DNA of 64,000 nt from Eubacteriales bacterium (lineage in GTDB: Bacteria > Bacillota > Clostridia > Oscillospirales > QAKW01): the NCBI GenBank assembly GCA_045539135.1, contig JAZQET010000002.1:593-64592 (forward strand), written 5' to 3'. Each line of letters begins with the position of its first letter. The stretch's first letter is position 1. The translations under genes and the position numbers were made by a program. Below the pieces are notes generated by a model, which saw only the letters and a program-made list of their open reading frames with translations, did not search any database and had not been told where the DNA came from. Positions 1 to 8,901 of this stretch are shown in pieces.

Positions 1-2
1 TA

Positions 3-107
3 CAGCTGATGGCGGGAACGTATTATGATATTGAAATTATGCTTGATTATGCCACGGGGCGCACGATCAAGCTGGGCGCATTAACTCCTGAATGGTGGAT
101 CAAATAG
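3..107 (+). CDS. C-terminal fragment of a CDS that begins upstream of the window; product unknown
   Basis: Frame 3 is open from the window edge (...QLMAGTYYDIEIMLDYATGRTIKLGALTPEWWIK) to TAG at 105-107. No motif recognised. Confidence 0.3.
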   Translation, partial: QLMAGTYYDIEIMLDYATGRTIKLGALTPEWWIK

Positions 108-195
108 ATCCCCACTTCTCCCCTTTTTATTGAAAAGTACAACGTATTATGGTATACTTGGAATAGTATGTTTTAGAACAACGGAGGGCTTCATT

Positions 196-933
196 ATGGA
201 TTTTCAAGGAAAAGTCGCGATGATCACCGGTGCTTCGGTGGGGATCGGCAGAGCGGTTGCTCTGCAAATGGGCAAAGAAGGTGCCGATCTGATCTTAATG
301 GATATGAACGGAGAAACGCTCCGCTCTCTTTGTAAGGAACTGGAGCCTTTCGGTTGCAAGGTCAAGGCCTATGAATGCGATGTGAGCAATGAAGAGTGCG
401 TGAAAAGCACGGTAGCAGATGCCCTGCAAACTTTTGGAAAGATCCATATTCTGGTAAACAACGCCGCCATTTGGCGGGATATGGTGGAGTTTACCGACGC
501 CTCTGCCACCCTTTGGAAACAGTATTTTGACATCAACGTGATGGGTGTATTCTACTGCACCCAAGCGGTGATCGGCTCCATGCTGGAGGCGGGCTACGGG
601 CGGATCATCAATGTGGCATCGGTAGCAGGGGTTTACGGCAATGCCAAAATGGTTCATTACTCCGCCACCAAGGGCGCGCTGATTGCCATGACCAAGGCGC
701 TTGCCAAAGAGGTTTCCCATAAAGGAGTGCTGGTCAACTGCGTTTCTCCCGGAAGCGTTTCTTCCTCCAAGCAAGCGGACATTGACGCCTTCACCCCGTC
801 CGAAATGAGCTTTATGGGGCGCACAGGCACCACGCGGGAAAACGCAGACCTGATCTGCTTTTTGGCAAGCGACCGCGCCTCTTATATTGCAGGGCAAAAC
901 ATTCAGATCGACGGTTGCCGCAAGAAAATGTAA
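196..933 (+). CDS. SDR-family NAD(P)-dependent oxidoreductase (3-oxoacyl-ACP reductase-like)
   Basis: ATG 196 follows a GGAGGG RBS. Has the TGASVGIG Rossmann motif, NNAA and catalytic YSATK. Track ORF 130-933 trimmed to the internal Met. Confidence 0.85.
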   Translation: MDFQGKVAMITGASVGIGRAVALQMGKEGADLILMDMNGETLRSLCKELEPFGCKVKAYECDVSNEECVKSTVADALQTFGKIHILVNNAAIWRDMVEFTDASATLWKQYFDINVMGVFYCTQAVIGSMLEAGYGRIINVASVAGVYGNAKMVHYSATKGALIAMTKALAKEVSHKGVLVNCVSPGSVSSSKQADIDAFTPSEMSFMGRTGTTRENADLICFLASDRASYIAGQNIQIDGCRKKM

Positions 934-936
934 CTT

Positions 937-972
937 AAAAAATCCAAAGCCAAAAGGCTTTGGATTTTTTTC
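937..972 (+). terminator. Intrinsic terminator after the SDR gene
   Basis: Stem atccaaagcc/ggctttggat with a 4-nt loop, followed by a T-run. Confidence 0.7.
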
Positions 973-1038
973 CATCCTCTTGCCTTTTGAACCGTTCGGT
1001 GGTATACTGAAAAAAATCTCACTCAAAGGGGAAGCAAA

Positions 1039-1560
1039 ATGTTTGGAGAAATCGGAATGATCATTGGGCAAGGGTTAAGCCTTGTGGCTGTTGTGACGGG
1101 TTTTATCTCCTATCAGATGAAATCGGCCAAAGGAATTCTGCTCTTTCAGATCATTACTGCTTTAATATTTTCCGCCCATTATCTTTTGATCGGTGCCATG
1201 ACCGCCATGGCGCTGAATTTGGTGGCGGCCGTTAAATGCGTCTGCTATTACATTCGCAATCAGCGGCAAAGCAAGGGGCTCTTTGTGCCCATCTTCTTTT
1301 TCGTGCTTGTTTTGATCACCAGCATTCTCACTTGGGACGGCTGGTATTCCGCCTTAATTATGGTGGGTCTTTTGGTCAATGCCATCGGTCTTTCCCTTTC
1401 CAATCCCCAGACCATCCGCAAGCTGACCTTGATCAAGTCGCCCCTTTGCCTGATCTATGGCATCTGCATATTTTCCATCGGGGGTATCATCTTTGAATCC
1501 TTTAGTCTGATTTCGGCGATCATCGGAATTTTCAAAAATCGAAAGGTTGAAATAAAATGA
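1039..1560 (+). CDS. YgjV-like inner membrane protein
   Basis: 173-aa polytopic hydrophobic protein. The N-terminus (GQGLSLVAVVTGFISYQMKS...LFQI) resembles the YgjV family. An RBS (aaagggga) lies upstream. Confidence 0.6.
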   Translation: MFGEIGMIIGQGLSLVAVVTGFISYQMKSAKGILLFQIITALIFSAHYLLIGAMTAMALNLVAAVKCVCYYIRNQRQSKGLFVPIFFFVLVLITSILTWDGWYSALIMVGLLVNAIGLSLSNPQTIRKLTLIKSPLCLIYGICIFSIGGIIFESFSLISAIIGIFKNRKVEIK

Positions 1561-2369
1561 AAAAATTTGAAGGAATGCTCTTTTGCACCGATTTGGACGG
1601 CACCCTTTATTCCGACGATAAAACCGTCTCTAAAGAAAACCTCGACGCCATTGAATATTTCAAATCCGAGGGCGGTCTTTTTACCTTTATCACCGGACGG
1701 GTGCCCAAAACCGCAACGGAGATCTACCGCACCATCAAGCCCAATGCCCCCTACGGATGCTTCAATGGTGGAGGGATCTATGACCCTGTTCAAGAGCGCT
1801 ATCTTTGGAATATAACTCTCTCCCAAGAATCCTTGGAACTGGTGCGAACCGTTGATCGGGAATTACCGGAGATCGGCATTCAATTCAACACCGCCGATCA
1901 GGTGCTCTTTAATAAAGACAACCATGCCTTGGAATTATTTCGCACCATTACGGGAATGCCTTTGATCCCCTGCTCCTATGAAGAACTGAAGGATCCCCTC
2001 TTAAAGGTGGTTTTTGCCCATGATGATCCCCAGCAGATCATAGCAATCGAGCAGCTGCTGAGTGCTCATCCCAAGGCGATGAATTATGATTTCATCCGCT
2101 CGGAAAACAGGCTCTTTGAGCTTCTTCCCAAGGGTGTGAGCAAGGGTGGCGCCCTTTGCAAGCTGGCAGAACTGCTGAACATTGAGATGGGCAACACCGT
2201 TGCGGTGGGCGACTATCACAACGACGTTTCCATGCTCCGAGCGGCAGGAATGGGCTATGCGGTTGCCAATGCGGTGGAGGAAGCAAAAGCCGTTGCCGAC
2301 CGTATCACGGTGAGCAACAATGAGCACGCCATCGCCCGTATCATCGAAGAGCTGGATCGTACCTGTTAG
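1557..2369 (+). CDS. Cof-type HAD-IIB family hydrolase (sugar-phosphate phosphatase-like)
   Basis: HAD motif I FCTDLDGTL, motif IV VGDYHNDVSM, and a Cof-like cap region. Its start overlaps the previous stop by 4 nt. Confidence 0.85.
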   Translation: MKKFEGMLFCTDLDGTLYSDDKTVSKENLDAIEYFKSEGGLFTFITGRVPKTATEIYRTIKPNAPYGCFNGGGIYDPVQERYLWNITLSQESLELVRTVDRELPEIGIQFNTADQVLFNKDNHALELFRTITGMPLIPCSYEELKDPLLKVVFAHDDPQQIIAIEQLLSAHPKAMNYDFIRSENRLFELLPKGVSKGGALCKLAELLNIEMGNTVAVGDYHNDVSMLRAAGMGYAVANAVEEAKAVADRITVSNNEHAIARIIEELDRTC

Positions 2370-2508
2370 AAAACGGCTCTTTTGAAAAGATAAACACTTT
2401 CGTTTTTTAATTCTTTACTCCAACACAGAATAAAAAGTTAAAAAGTGCAACATTTTCCTCTCTTGAATCGTATTCCTTATGAAAAGACCCGAAAAGGAGG
2501 GACACCTT

Positions 2509-3108
2509 ATGACCGGAAAAGAAAAATGTACTTTATTAAAAAGCATTCGTTGCATGATTGCTCAAAAGAACGGCATCGCCTATGCTCCCCCTGAATGTAC
2601 CTTCCAAGGGGAATGCAAAGGCACCTGCCCCAAATGCGAAGCGGAACTGCGGGCACTTTCCGCAGAATTGGCAAAACTCCGTACCTCGGGCAAACGGGTG
2701 GCTGTGGCAGGGATCGCCGCAGCGATGGTAGCCACCTCTGCTTCCGCCTGTGCACCCACGCCTCCGGAGAAACAGTGGGAAGCAGGGACGGACGGATTTG
2801 TGGAAGTAATCGAAGGGGATGTCGGCGTCGACTACCCCTATAAGCCGTCACCTGATTCTTCCGATTATGAACTGGAGGGAGACACCGTAGCGGTTCCCCA
2901 TCTTTCAACCGTCCTTCAGATGAACCAAGAGGAGCTCCTCACAGAGCTTTCCTATTACACCCGCACCATGCTTCAAGCCTCTTGGAGCACCCACTGGACA
3001 GAGCAACGGGATGATGCCGACGTTTATGTTTTGGACGGCAAAACCCTTGCCATCACCTTTAACGAGAGCGGGAAGGTGCAATCCGCCATCCTTTCGGAGG
3101 ATGAATGA
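2509..3108 (+). CDS. Hypothetical single-pass membrane protein with a Cys-rich N-terminal region
   Basis: ATG 2509 follows GGAGGG. Cys cluster CTLLKSIRC...C-x5-C-x3-C-x2-C, then a basic patch, one hydrophobic helix (VAVAGIAAAMVATSASA) and an acidic external domain. No family recognised. Confidence 0.6.
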   Translation: MTGKEKCTLLKSIRCMIAQKNGIAYAPPECTFQGECKGTCPKCEAELRALSAELAKLRTSGKRVAVAGIAAAMVATSASACAPTPPEKQWEAGTDGFVEVIEGDVGVDYPYKPSPDSSDYELEGDTVAVPHLSTVLQMNQEELLTELSYYTRTMLQASWSTHWTEQRDDADVYVLDGKTLAITFNESGKVQSAILSEDE

Positions 3109-3730
3109 TCCGATGAACAAACCTATTCAAGCTCCGGTGATCGCAGTTTCGCGGCATCGGATCCAAACCGACGGGCAAGGAGTTACCACATTGGTCTGCT
3201 TTCACGGCTGTCCTCTGCGGTGCCGCTATTGCCTGAACCCCTTCTCCTTTGAAGAAGATACCGCTTATACACAGATGACTCCTTTGGAACTCTATCAGCA
3301 GGTGCAGGTGGATGAGCTTTATTTTCTTGCCACCGAAGGGGGCGTTACCTTCGGCGGCGGAGAGCCGCTGCTGCGGGCAGATTTTATCAAAGAATTCCGC
3401 CGCATCTGCGGAAAAGAATGGCGCCTTGCCATCGAAACCTCGCTGGCGGTTCCTATGGAAAAGGTTCGGCTTTTGGCAGGCTGCGCGGATGAATGGATCA
3501 TTGATATCAAAGATACCGATCCCGCCGTTTACCGCCGTTATACGGGGCAGGATAATGCCATTGTGATGGAAAACCTGCGCCTGCTTTCCGCGCTGGTTCC
3601 TGCGGAGCGGATCCGCCTGCGCCTGCCTTTGATTCCCCAATTCAACACCGAAGAGGGGCGTCAAAAAAGCAAGGAACGGCTTTCCGCCATGGGGTTTACG
3701 CAATTTGATTGCTTTACCTATAAAACTTAA
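3101..3730 (+). CDS. Radical SAM protein, glycyl-radical-enzyme-activase-like (YjjW-like)
   Basis: CPLRCRYCLNP (CxxxCxxC) cluster near the N-terminus, GGGEPLL SAM motif, about 210 aa. ATG 3101 overlaps the upstream stop (ATGAATGA). Confidence 0.75.
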   Translation: MNDPMNKPIQAPVIAVSRHRIQTDGQGVTTLVCFHGCPLRCRYCLNPFSFEEDTAYTQMTPLELYQQVQVDELYFLATEGGVTFGGGEPLLRADFIKEFRRICGKEWRLAIETSLAVPMEKVRLLAGCADEWIIDIKDTDPAVYRRYTGQDNAIVMENLRLLSALVPAERIRLRLPLIPQFNTEEGRQKSKERLSAMGFTQFDCFTYKT

Positions 3731-3765
3731 CACCTGTCGGGGCAGCCCCCGACGGGTGTTTTTTC
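3731..3765 (+). terminator. Intrinsic terminator
   Basis: Stem cacctgtcgggg/ccccgacgggtg followed by tttttt. Confidence 0.7.
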
Positions 3766-3829
3766 ATCTTGATTATTTCGCAAAAGAACAGTATAATGAA
3801 AGCAGAATATTGTTTTTTCGAGGTGCACT

Positions 3830-4609
3830 ATGGCTTATTTAGAGATGCATTATTTTTCCAAGGCACTGCAGGTGTATGTGACCCTGAATGTGATCCTGCC
3901 TGAAATTCACAAGAAAAAAGAGGGGGTCGGGCGACCGAACGGCAGCTACAAGACCTTATACCTTCTGCACGGTCTTTCGGGGGATCACACTGTTTGGATG
4001 CGGAGAACCTCCATCGAGCGTTACGCGGAGGACTACGGCATTGCGGTGGTGATGCCGGAGGTTGGAAGAAGCTGGTATGCGGACACCGCTTACGGTCTTC
4101 CCTATTTCACCTTTATCACCCAAGAACTGCCTGCTGTCTGCCGCGGGTACTTCAAAGAAATGTCCCCGAAACGGGAGGATAATTTCATTGCCGGTCTTTC
4201 TATGGGCGGTTACGGTGCCATGAAGGCCGCATTGACCTACCCCGAAAACTACGGCGGTTGTGCCTCCCTTTCCGGCGCGCTGGACATTACCCGCATCGGC
4301 CGTCCGTATCGGCTGGAGGAGTGGCAAGGGAACTTTGATTTTGCGTTAAAAAGCGCCGAGGAGCTGGAGGGCAGTGATCTGGATATCTATAGCCTGATCC
4401 GCCGCAACTGCCAAGAAGGCAAGCCCTTCCCCAAAATGTTCTTATGGTGCGGGACCGAGGATACCTTGCTCCCCCCCAATCGCATGTGTCATACACTCTT
4501 GGACGAACTTAATATTCCTCATTTCTATGGAGAATCGGAAGGGGATCACACTTGGCAATGGTGGGATCTGCATATTCAGGATGTTTTGCGGTATCTGCTT
4601 GAAGAATAA
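3830..4609 (+). CDS. Esterase-family alpha/beta hydrolase (esterase D / putative esterase PF00756-like)
   Basis: Nucleophile elbow GLSMGGYGA, a YLLHGL N-terminal block and a C-terminal GDHTW histidine block. Confidence 0.8.
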   Translation: MAYLEMHYFSKALQVYVTLNVILPEIHKKKEGVGRPNGSYKTLYLLHGLSGDHTVWMRRTSIERYAEDYGIAVVMPEVGRSWYADTAYGLPYFTFITQELPAVCRGYFKEMSPKREDNFIAGLSMGGYGAMKAALTYPENYGGCASLSGALDITRIGRPYRLEEWQGNFDFALKSAEELEGSDLDIYSLIRRNCQEGKPFPKMFLWCGTEDTLLPPNRMCHTLLDELNIPHFYGESEGDHTWQWWDLHIQDVLRYLLEE

Positions 4610-4613
4610 AACA

Positions 4614-4650
4614 AAAAAGTCGGTTATGATTTTCATAACCGACTTTTTTC
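4614..4650. terminator. Bidirectional hairpin terminator
   Basis: aaaaaagtcggttatga tttt cataaccgactttttt; A-run and T-run flank a 13-bp stem. Confidence 0.7.
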
Positions 4651-4730
4651 GAAAATGTTTCGTTGGGTGTTTTGTTGCTTTTTCTCCCTTTCCGTGATAA
4701 GATGATGTTAAAGAATAGGAGGGTCTCTTT

Positions 4731-6089
4731 ATGAATACTGTTCAAGTGAATTTTAATGATATCATCGGTAAGATCAAGCCCATGCACGCCATCGGTCAAC
4801 CGCCCTTTACCGGCGGGTTTATGGCCTTCAATTTTACCCCAATGGAATACATCCGCAAGGCAAATATCCCCTATTCCCGTCTCCACGATGTAAACGGCTC
4901 GTTCGGCGGCAACCGCTTTGTGGATATCCCCAATATCTTCCGGGATTTTGACGCCGATGAGACCGATCCCGCCAATTATGATTTTGCCTTTACCGATGTT
5001 TTGCTGACGGAAATGGCCAAATATGAGATCAAGCCGGTCTTTCGCTTGGGTGTGACCATTGAAAACCAATGCCACATCAAGGCCTATCGGATCCATCCCC
5101 CCAAGGATCCTGCCAAATGGGCGCGAATCTGCGAGCACATTATCCGCCACTATAACGAAGGCTGGGCAGACGGCTACCACTACGGCATCGAATATTGGGA
5201 GATCTGGAATGAGCCCGAAAACGGCCCTGCAGGCAAAAACCAGATGTGGACCGGCACACCGGAGCAGTTTTATGAACTGTATGATGTAACGGCCAAACAC
5301 CTAAAAAAATGCTTTGGAGATACCATTAAGGTAGGCGGCTACGGCGCCAGCGGCTTTTACGGCATCTTCTATCATCCCGAAAAATACGGCATCGACTATT
5401 CCCCTGCCGACACCCCCGACGATCGCTATCCCCGATCCATCCATCGAGTCAACTTCCTCTATGGATTTTTCGAGTATATCACTGCCCATCACTCTCCCAT
5501 CGACTTTTTCTCCTGGCACAGTTACTATGATACCAAGCGTACCGTAATACTGGCAAACTTTTTGGACTGCGTTTTGGAAAAATACGGCTTCAAAGGCTTG
5601 GAAACCCATTTGAACGAATGGAACAACGCCCACGAACGGCAGTGGCTGGGCACCTCTTATGCTTCGGCAGGGTTGGCAGCAATGATGTGCGCCATGCACG
5701 GCACAAGCACCAATATGTGCCATTATTATGATGCCCGTATCGGCGCTCCTTCCGTCTATTGCGGTATCTTTAATCCCATAACATTAGAGCCTTATTGCAC
5801 CTATTACTCCCTTTTTGCCTTCGGGCAACTTTATACCTTGGGCCAACAAGCGGAATGCATCTGTGAAGGCAAAAACCTTTACGCTCTCGCCGCCACCGAC
5901 GGTGCCAAAAAAGCACTTTTGGTGGTAAACGACAGCGAGGAAGAACAAACCATCGCCATTCCTGCAGCGGAAGGGTTCACCGTTTCACTGATCGATGAAG
6001 AGCATCTTTTGGAAAAGGTGGACTTGGAGCCCACCACCCTTTGCCTGAAAGGCTATCAAATCGCTCTGCTTCAAAAAGAGGAGGCATAA
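4731..6089 (+). CDS. Glycoside hydrolase, GH39-like (beta-xylosidase-like, clan GH-A)
   Basis: The block PPKDPAKW...YWEIWNEPE (acid/base Glu), VGGYG, FFSWHSY and LNEWN (nucleophile Glu) follows the GH39 XynB pattern I recall. A good RBS (aggaggg) lies upstream. Confidence 0.7.
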   Translation: MNTVQVNFNDIIGKIKPMHAIGQPPFTGGFMAFNFTPMEYIRKANIPYSRLHDVNGSFGGNRFVDIPNIFRDFDADETDPANYDFAFTDVLLTEMAKYEIKPVFRLGVTIENQCHIKAYRIHPPKDPAKWARICEHIIRHYNEGWADGYHYGIEYWEIWNEPENGPAGKNQMWTGTPEQFYELYDVTAKHLKKCFGDTIKVGGYGASGFYGIFYHPEKYGIDYSPADTPDDRYPRSIHRVNFLYGFFEYITAHHSPIDFFSWHSYYDTKRTVILANFLDCVLEKYGFKGLETHLNEWNNAHERQWLGTSYASAGLAAMMCAMHGTSTNMCHYYDARIGAPSVYCGIFNPITLEPYCTYYSLFAFGQLYTLGQQAECICEGKNLYALAATDGAKKALLVVNDSEEEQTIAIPAAEGFTVSLIDEEHLLEKVDLEPTTLCLKGYQIALLQKEEA

Positions 6090-6941
6090 ATGCGCTATCA
6101 ATTTTTACGGTTTCCCGACGGAAAACCAAAAGCAGTTACTTTAAGTTATGATGACGGTTGCGCCGCCGATGTGCGGTTTGCCGATACCGTCACCCGCTAC
6201 GGTTTAAAATGCACCTTTAATTTGAATTCCGCCACCCTTCGCGGGGAGCGTAGCCTATCCAAGGAAACGGTGGAGGAGCATTTCTTGAACCAAGGGCACG
6301 AGATCGCCGTCCACGGCGCATTTCACCGCGCCGAAGGGACTCTTCGCCCCATTGAAGGTATTCAGGATGTGCTCAACTGCCGCTTGGAATTGGAAGAGAC
6401 CTACGGCAGGATCATCCGCGGGATGGCTTATCCCGACAGCGGCATTACCCGTATGAGCAACGGAGCCTCCTATGAGACCGTCAAACAATATCTTACCGAA
6501 TTGGATATTGCCTATGCCCGTTCCTTGGGTGCCGATAACGACAGCTTTATGCTGCCCGCCGATTGGCACAACTGGATCCCCACCGCCCACCATACCAATC
6601 CCCGTTTGATGGAGTGGATCGAGAAGTTTGTGGAGCTGGATCTGTCTTCTCTTTATATTGCCGCCCAACACCCCCGCCTCTTTTATCTTTGGGGGCACGC
6701 TTACGAGTTTGATCGCAACGATAACTGGGCGCTTTTGGATGAGATCGGCGAAAAACTGGGCGGTAAAGAGGATATTTGGTATGCCACCAATATGGAGATC
6801 TATGCGTATGTGGAGGCCTATCAAGCGCTGATCTACAGTGCCGACGGTAAGCGGATCTACAACCCCACCCTCCATACCATTTGGTTTGAGCGGGATAAAC
6901 AGTTATACTCCATCAAGCCCGATGAAACCTTAATTTTTTAA
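6090..6941 (+). CDS. Polysaccharide deacetylase (NodB/CE4-like) family protein
   Basis: NodB motif TLSYDDG and the His motifs HEIAVHG / WGHAYEF. The ATG directly abuts the GH39 stop. Confidence 0.75.
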   Translation: MRYQFLRFPDGKPKAVTLSYDDGCAADVRFADTVTRYGLKCTFNLNSATLRGERSLSKETVEEHFLNQGHEIAVHGAFHRAEGTLRPIEGIQDVLNCRLELEETYGRIIRGMAYPDSGITRMSNGASYETVKQYLTELDIAYARSLGADNDSFMLPADWHNWIPTAHHTNPRLMEWIEKFVELDLSSLYIAAQHPRLFYLWGHAYEFDRNDNWALLDEIGEKLGGKEDIWYATNMEIYAYVEAYQALIYSADGKRIYNPTLHTIWFERDKQLYSIKPDETLIF

Positions 6942-6944
6942 AGA

Positions 6945-6980
6945 AAAAAGCGGTAAGTTGAACTTACCGCTTTTCTTTTT
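6945..6980 (+). terminator. Intrinsic terminator
   Basis: aaaaagcggtaagt tgaa cttaccgctttt followed by a T-rich tract. Confidence 0.7.
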
Positions 6981-7026
6981 CCTTAATTTATGTTATACTG
7001 ATCATAATAAGAATAAGGAGATCGTT

Positions 7027-7776
7027 ATGAAACTGATTTTACTGACCGCCCTCGGCGTGGGCGGCGCCACTATGTTCGGTGCGCTGATCGGATTTCTTTT
7101 CAAAAAAATGTCCCATAAATTTTCGGACATCATTCTTTCCTTTGCCGCAGGGGTGATGCTGGCGGCGGCGGTTTTGGGGTTGATCCTTCCCTCTTTGGAA
7201 TACGGCGGAAAATGGGGCTTGCTCATTACCGTTGCGGGAATCTTTGCGGGGGCGCTCTGCCTGAACCTGATCGATAAGCTGGTGCCCCATCTCCATCGGT
7301 TGGCAGGACCCGACACGGAAGCCCACAACCGCACCGGCTTAAATAAAGTGCTTTTATTTGTGATCGCCATTGCTATTCATAACCTGCCTGAGGGGATTGC
7401 GGCAGGGGTTGGCTTCGGTTCGGACAATACCGCGCAGGCGTTGGTGATCGCGGGAGGCATCGCCCTGCAGAACATCCCCGAGGGAATGGTGATCATCGGC
7501 CCGATGCTGGCGGCGGGTGTTTCCGCCAAGCGCACCTTTTTGATCGCCATGCTCACCGGAGTGGTGGAGGTCTTCGGCACCCTGATCGGCTATTTTGCGG
7601 TGAGCGTTTCTACCGTTCTGCTCCCCTTCTTCCTTGCCTTTGCAGGAGGTACCATGCTTTATATCATCAGCGATGAGATGATCCCCGAGACCCACCACGA
7701 TGATGCCCGCGGCGTTACCTATGCGCTTTTGGTGGGCTTTTGCGTGATGCTGATCACCGACACTTTATTGGGATAA
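7027..7776 (+). CDS. ZIP-family divalent metal transporter (ZupT-like)
   Basis: ATG 7027 follows AAGGAG. Signature IAIHNLPEGIA and a second QNIPEG motif, about 8 TM segments. Track ORF trimmed. Confidence 0.85.
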   Translation: MKLILLTALGVGGATMFGALIGFLFKKMSHKFSDIILSFAAGVMLAAAVLGLILPSLEYGGKWGLLITVAGIFAGALCLNLIDKLVPHLHRLAGPDTEAHNRTGLNKVLLFVIAIAIHNLPEGIAAGVGFGSDNTAQALVIAGGIALQNIPEGMVIIGPMLAAGVSAKRTFLIAMLTGVVEVFGTLIGYFAVSVSTVLLPFFLAFAGGTMLYIISDEMIPETHHDDARGVTYALLVGFCVMLITDTLLG

Positions 7777-7807
7777 AAAAACACCCCGCTCTGCGGGGTG
7801 TTTTTTT
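7775..7807. terminator. Bidirectional terminator between the convergent ZIP and TIR genes
   Basis: aaaaaaacaccccgc tct gcggggtgttttttt. Confidence 0.8.
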
Positions 7808-8756
7808 ATTCTACGATTACTTTATAGATTTGAGTGGAGCCTTGGAGAGAAACGACCACCACGTGGGTCTCGCCTTTTGCAATCCCCACCACCATTCCGT
7901 TTTCACCCACCGCAACGGCGGTATTCTCCGAATAGATGGCACTGCCCGCCCAGATGGAAGCCGCCATCGGGGTTGCTTTTCCGCCCACCGCCATCCGCAA
8001 GGTCATGGCATCCACAATCATGGATTGCTGATGATCAAAAGCCTCCAAGGATGCCTGAAGCTGAGCAGGGATTTGGTTTTCTCCCATCGGGGTATCCTGC
8101 GGGGCTTCTTCTTTTTCGGAAGGAGCGGGAGTCTCTTCCTTTTGGTCGGCAGAAGGTGTTTCGAGTTGCGAATCCGACCCCGCAGAGTGCTCGGGCTCCT
8201 GAGGCTTTTCCACTTCGGAGTTGCCCCAAAGAATTCCCAGCCAAACCACTGCACCCAACACCAAGACCGCCGCCACCGCGGCAATTCCAAAAGTAATACG
8301 GCGTCCCTTGCCCTTTGGCTTATAGGCTTCTGCCGCCAAACGTGTGCCCTCTTTATTCTGTTCCACAGGAAAGAGAATCTCATGAATTCGCTTGACCAAC
8401 TGCTTGGAAAAGACAGACGTTGAGGAATAAGAGAGAAAATGAGTAGCACTTAAGTAGTATTCAAACTCTTTGGAAAGCACCACCTCCCCCACCAAGACCG
8501 GCAGGATGGGCTTATGATGATTATCGGCATAATTGATCTCCCGCAATACATGCTCGGAAGTATTGGAATCCTTGGTCACAAAGAGAAGAACCATTTTGGC
8601 ATCGTCTAAATTGGAGATGATGCTGGAGGAATAATGATCTCCATAATCATCGTTTTCAAAGGCAACCCAATAAGAGATCCCGCTCTTTCGCAGCAAGGCG
8701 CAGGTCTCTTCTACCAAAGCGCGATCACGGCTGGAATAGGAAATAAAAACATCCAT
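7806..8756 (-). CDS. Transmembrane TIR-domain protein with a C-terminal extracellular Big_2-like Ig domain
   Basis: ATG 8756 follows a gagggg RBS. The N-terminus MDVFISYSSRD...SEHVLREINYA is a classic bacterial TIR block with a Glu in LREI. A KPKGKGRR patch precedes one TM (ITFGIAAVAAVLVLGAVVWLGILWG), then a P/E/S linker and a Big_2-like C-terminus (...AVGENGMVVGIAKGETHVVVVSLQGSTQIYKVIV). The upstream 125 codons of track ORF 7806-9131 overlap mscL and were dropped. Confidence 0.8.
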   Translation of the reverse strand: MDVFISYSSRDRALVEETCALLRKSGISYWVAFENDDYGDHYSSSIISNLDDAKMVLLFVTKDSNTSEHVLREINYADNHHKPILPVLVGEVVLSKEFEYYLSATHFLSYSSTSVFSKQLVKRIHEILFPVEQNKEGTRLAAEAYKPKGKGRRITFGIAAVAAVLVLGAVVWLGILWGNSEVEKPQEPEHSAGSDSQLETPSADQKEETPAPSEKEEAPQDTPMGENQIPAQLQASLEAFDHQQSMIVDAMTLRMAVGGKATPMAASIWAGSAIYSENTAVAVGENGMVVGIAKGETHVVVVSLQGSTQIYKVIVE

Positions 8757-8901
8757 TCTTAAAAACCCCTCTACTATTCTGACTTTCATTATAACCCATA
8801 TTCCAACCAAAGGCAACTGAATTCGACATTTATTTTCCGGACTTGATTTTTTAAAATATTGCGTTATAATAGACTTATAAACAAAAAAGGAGTATACATA
8901 T

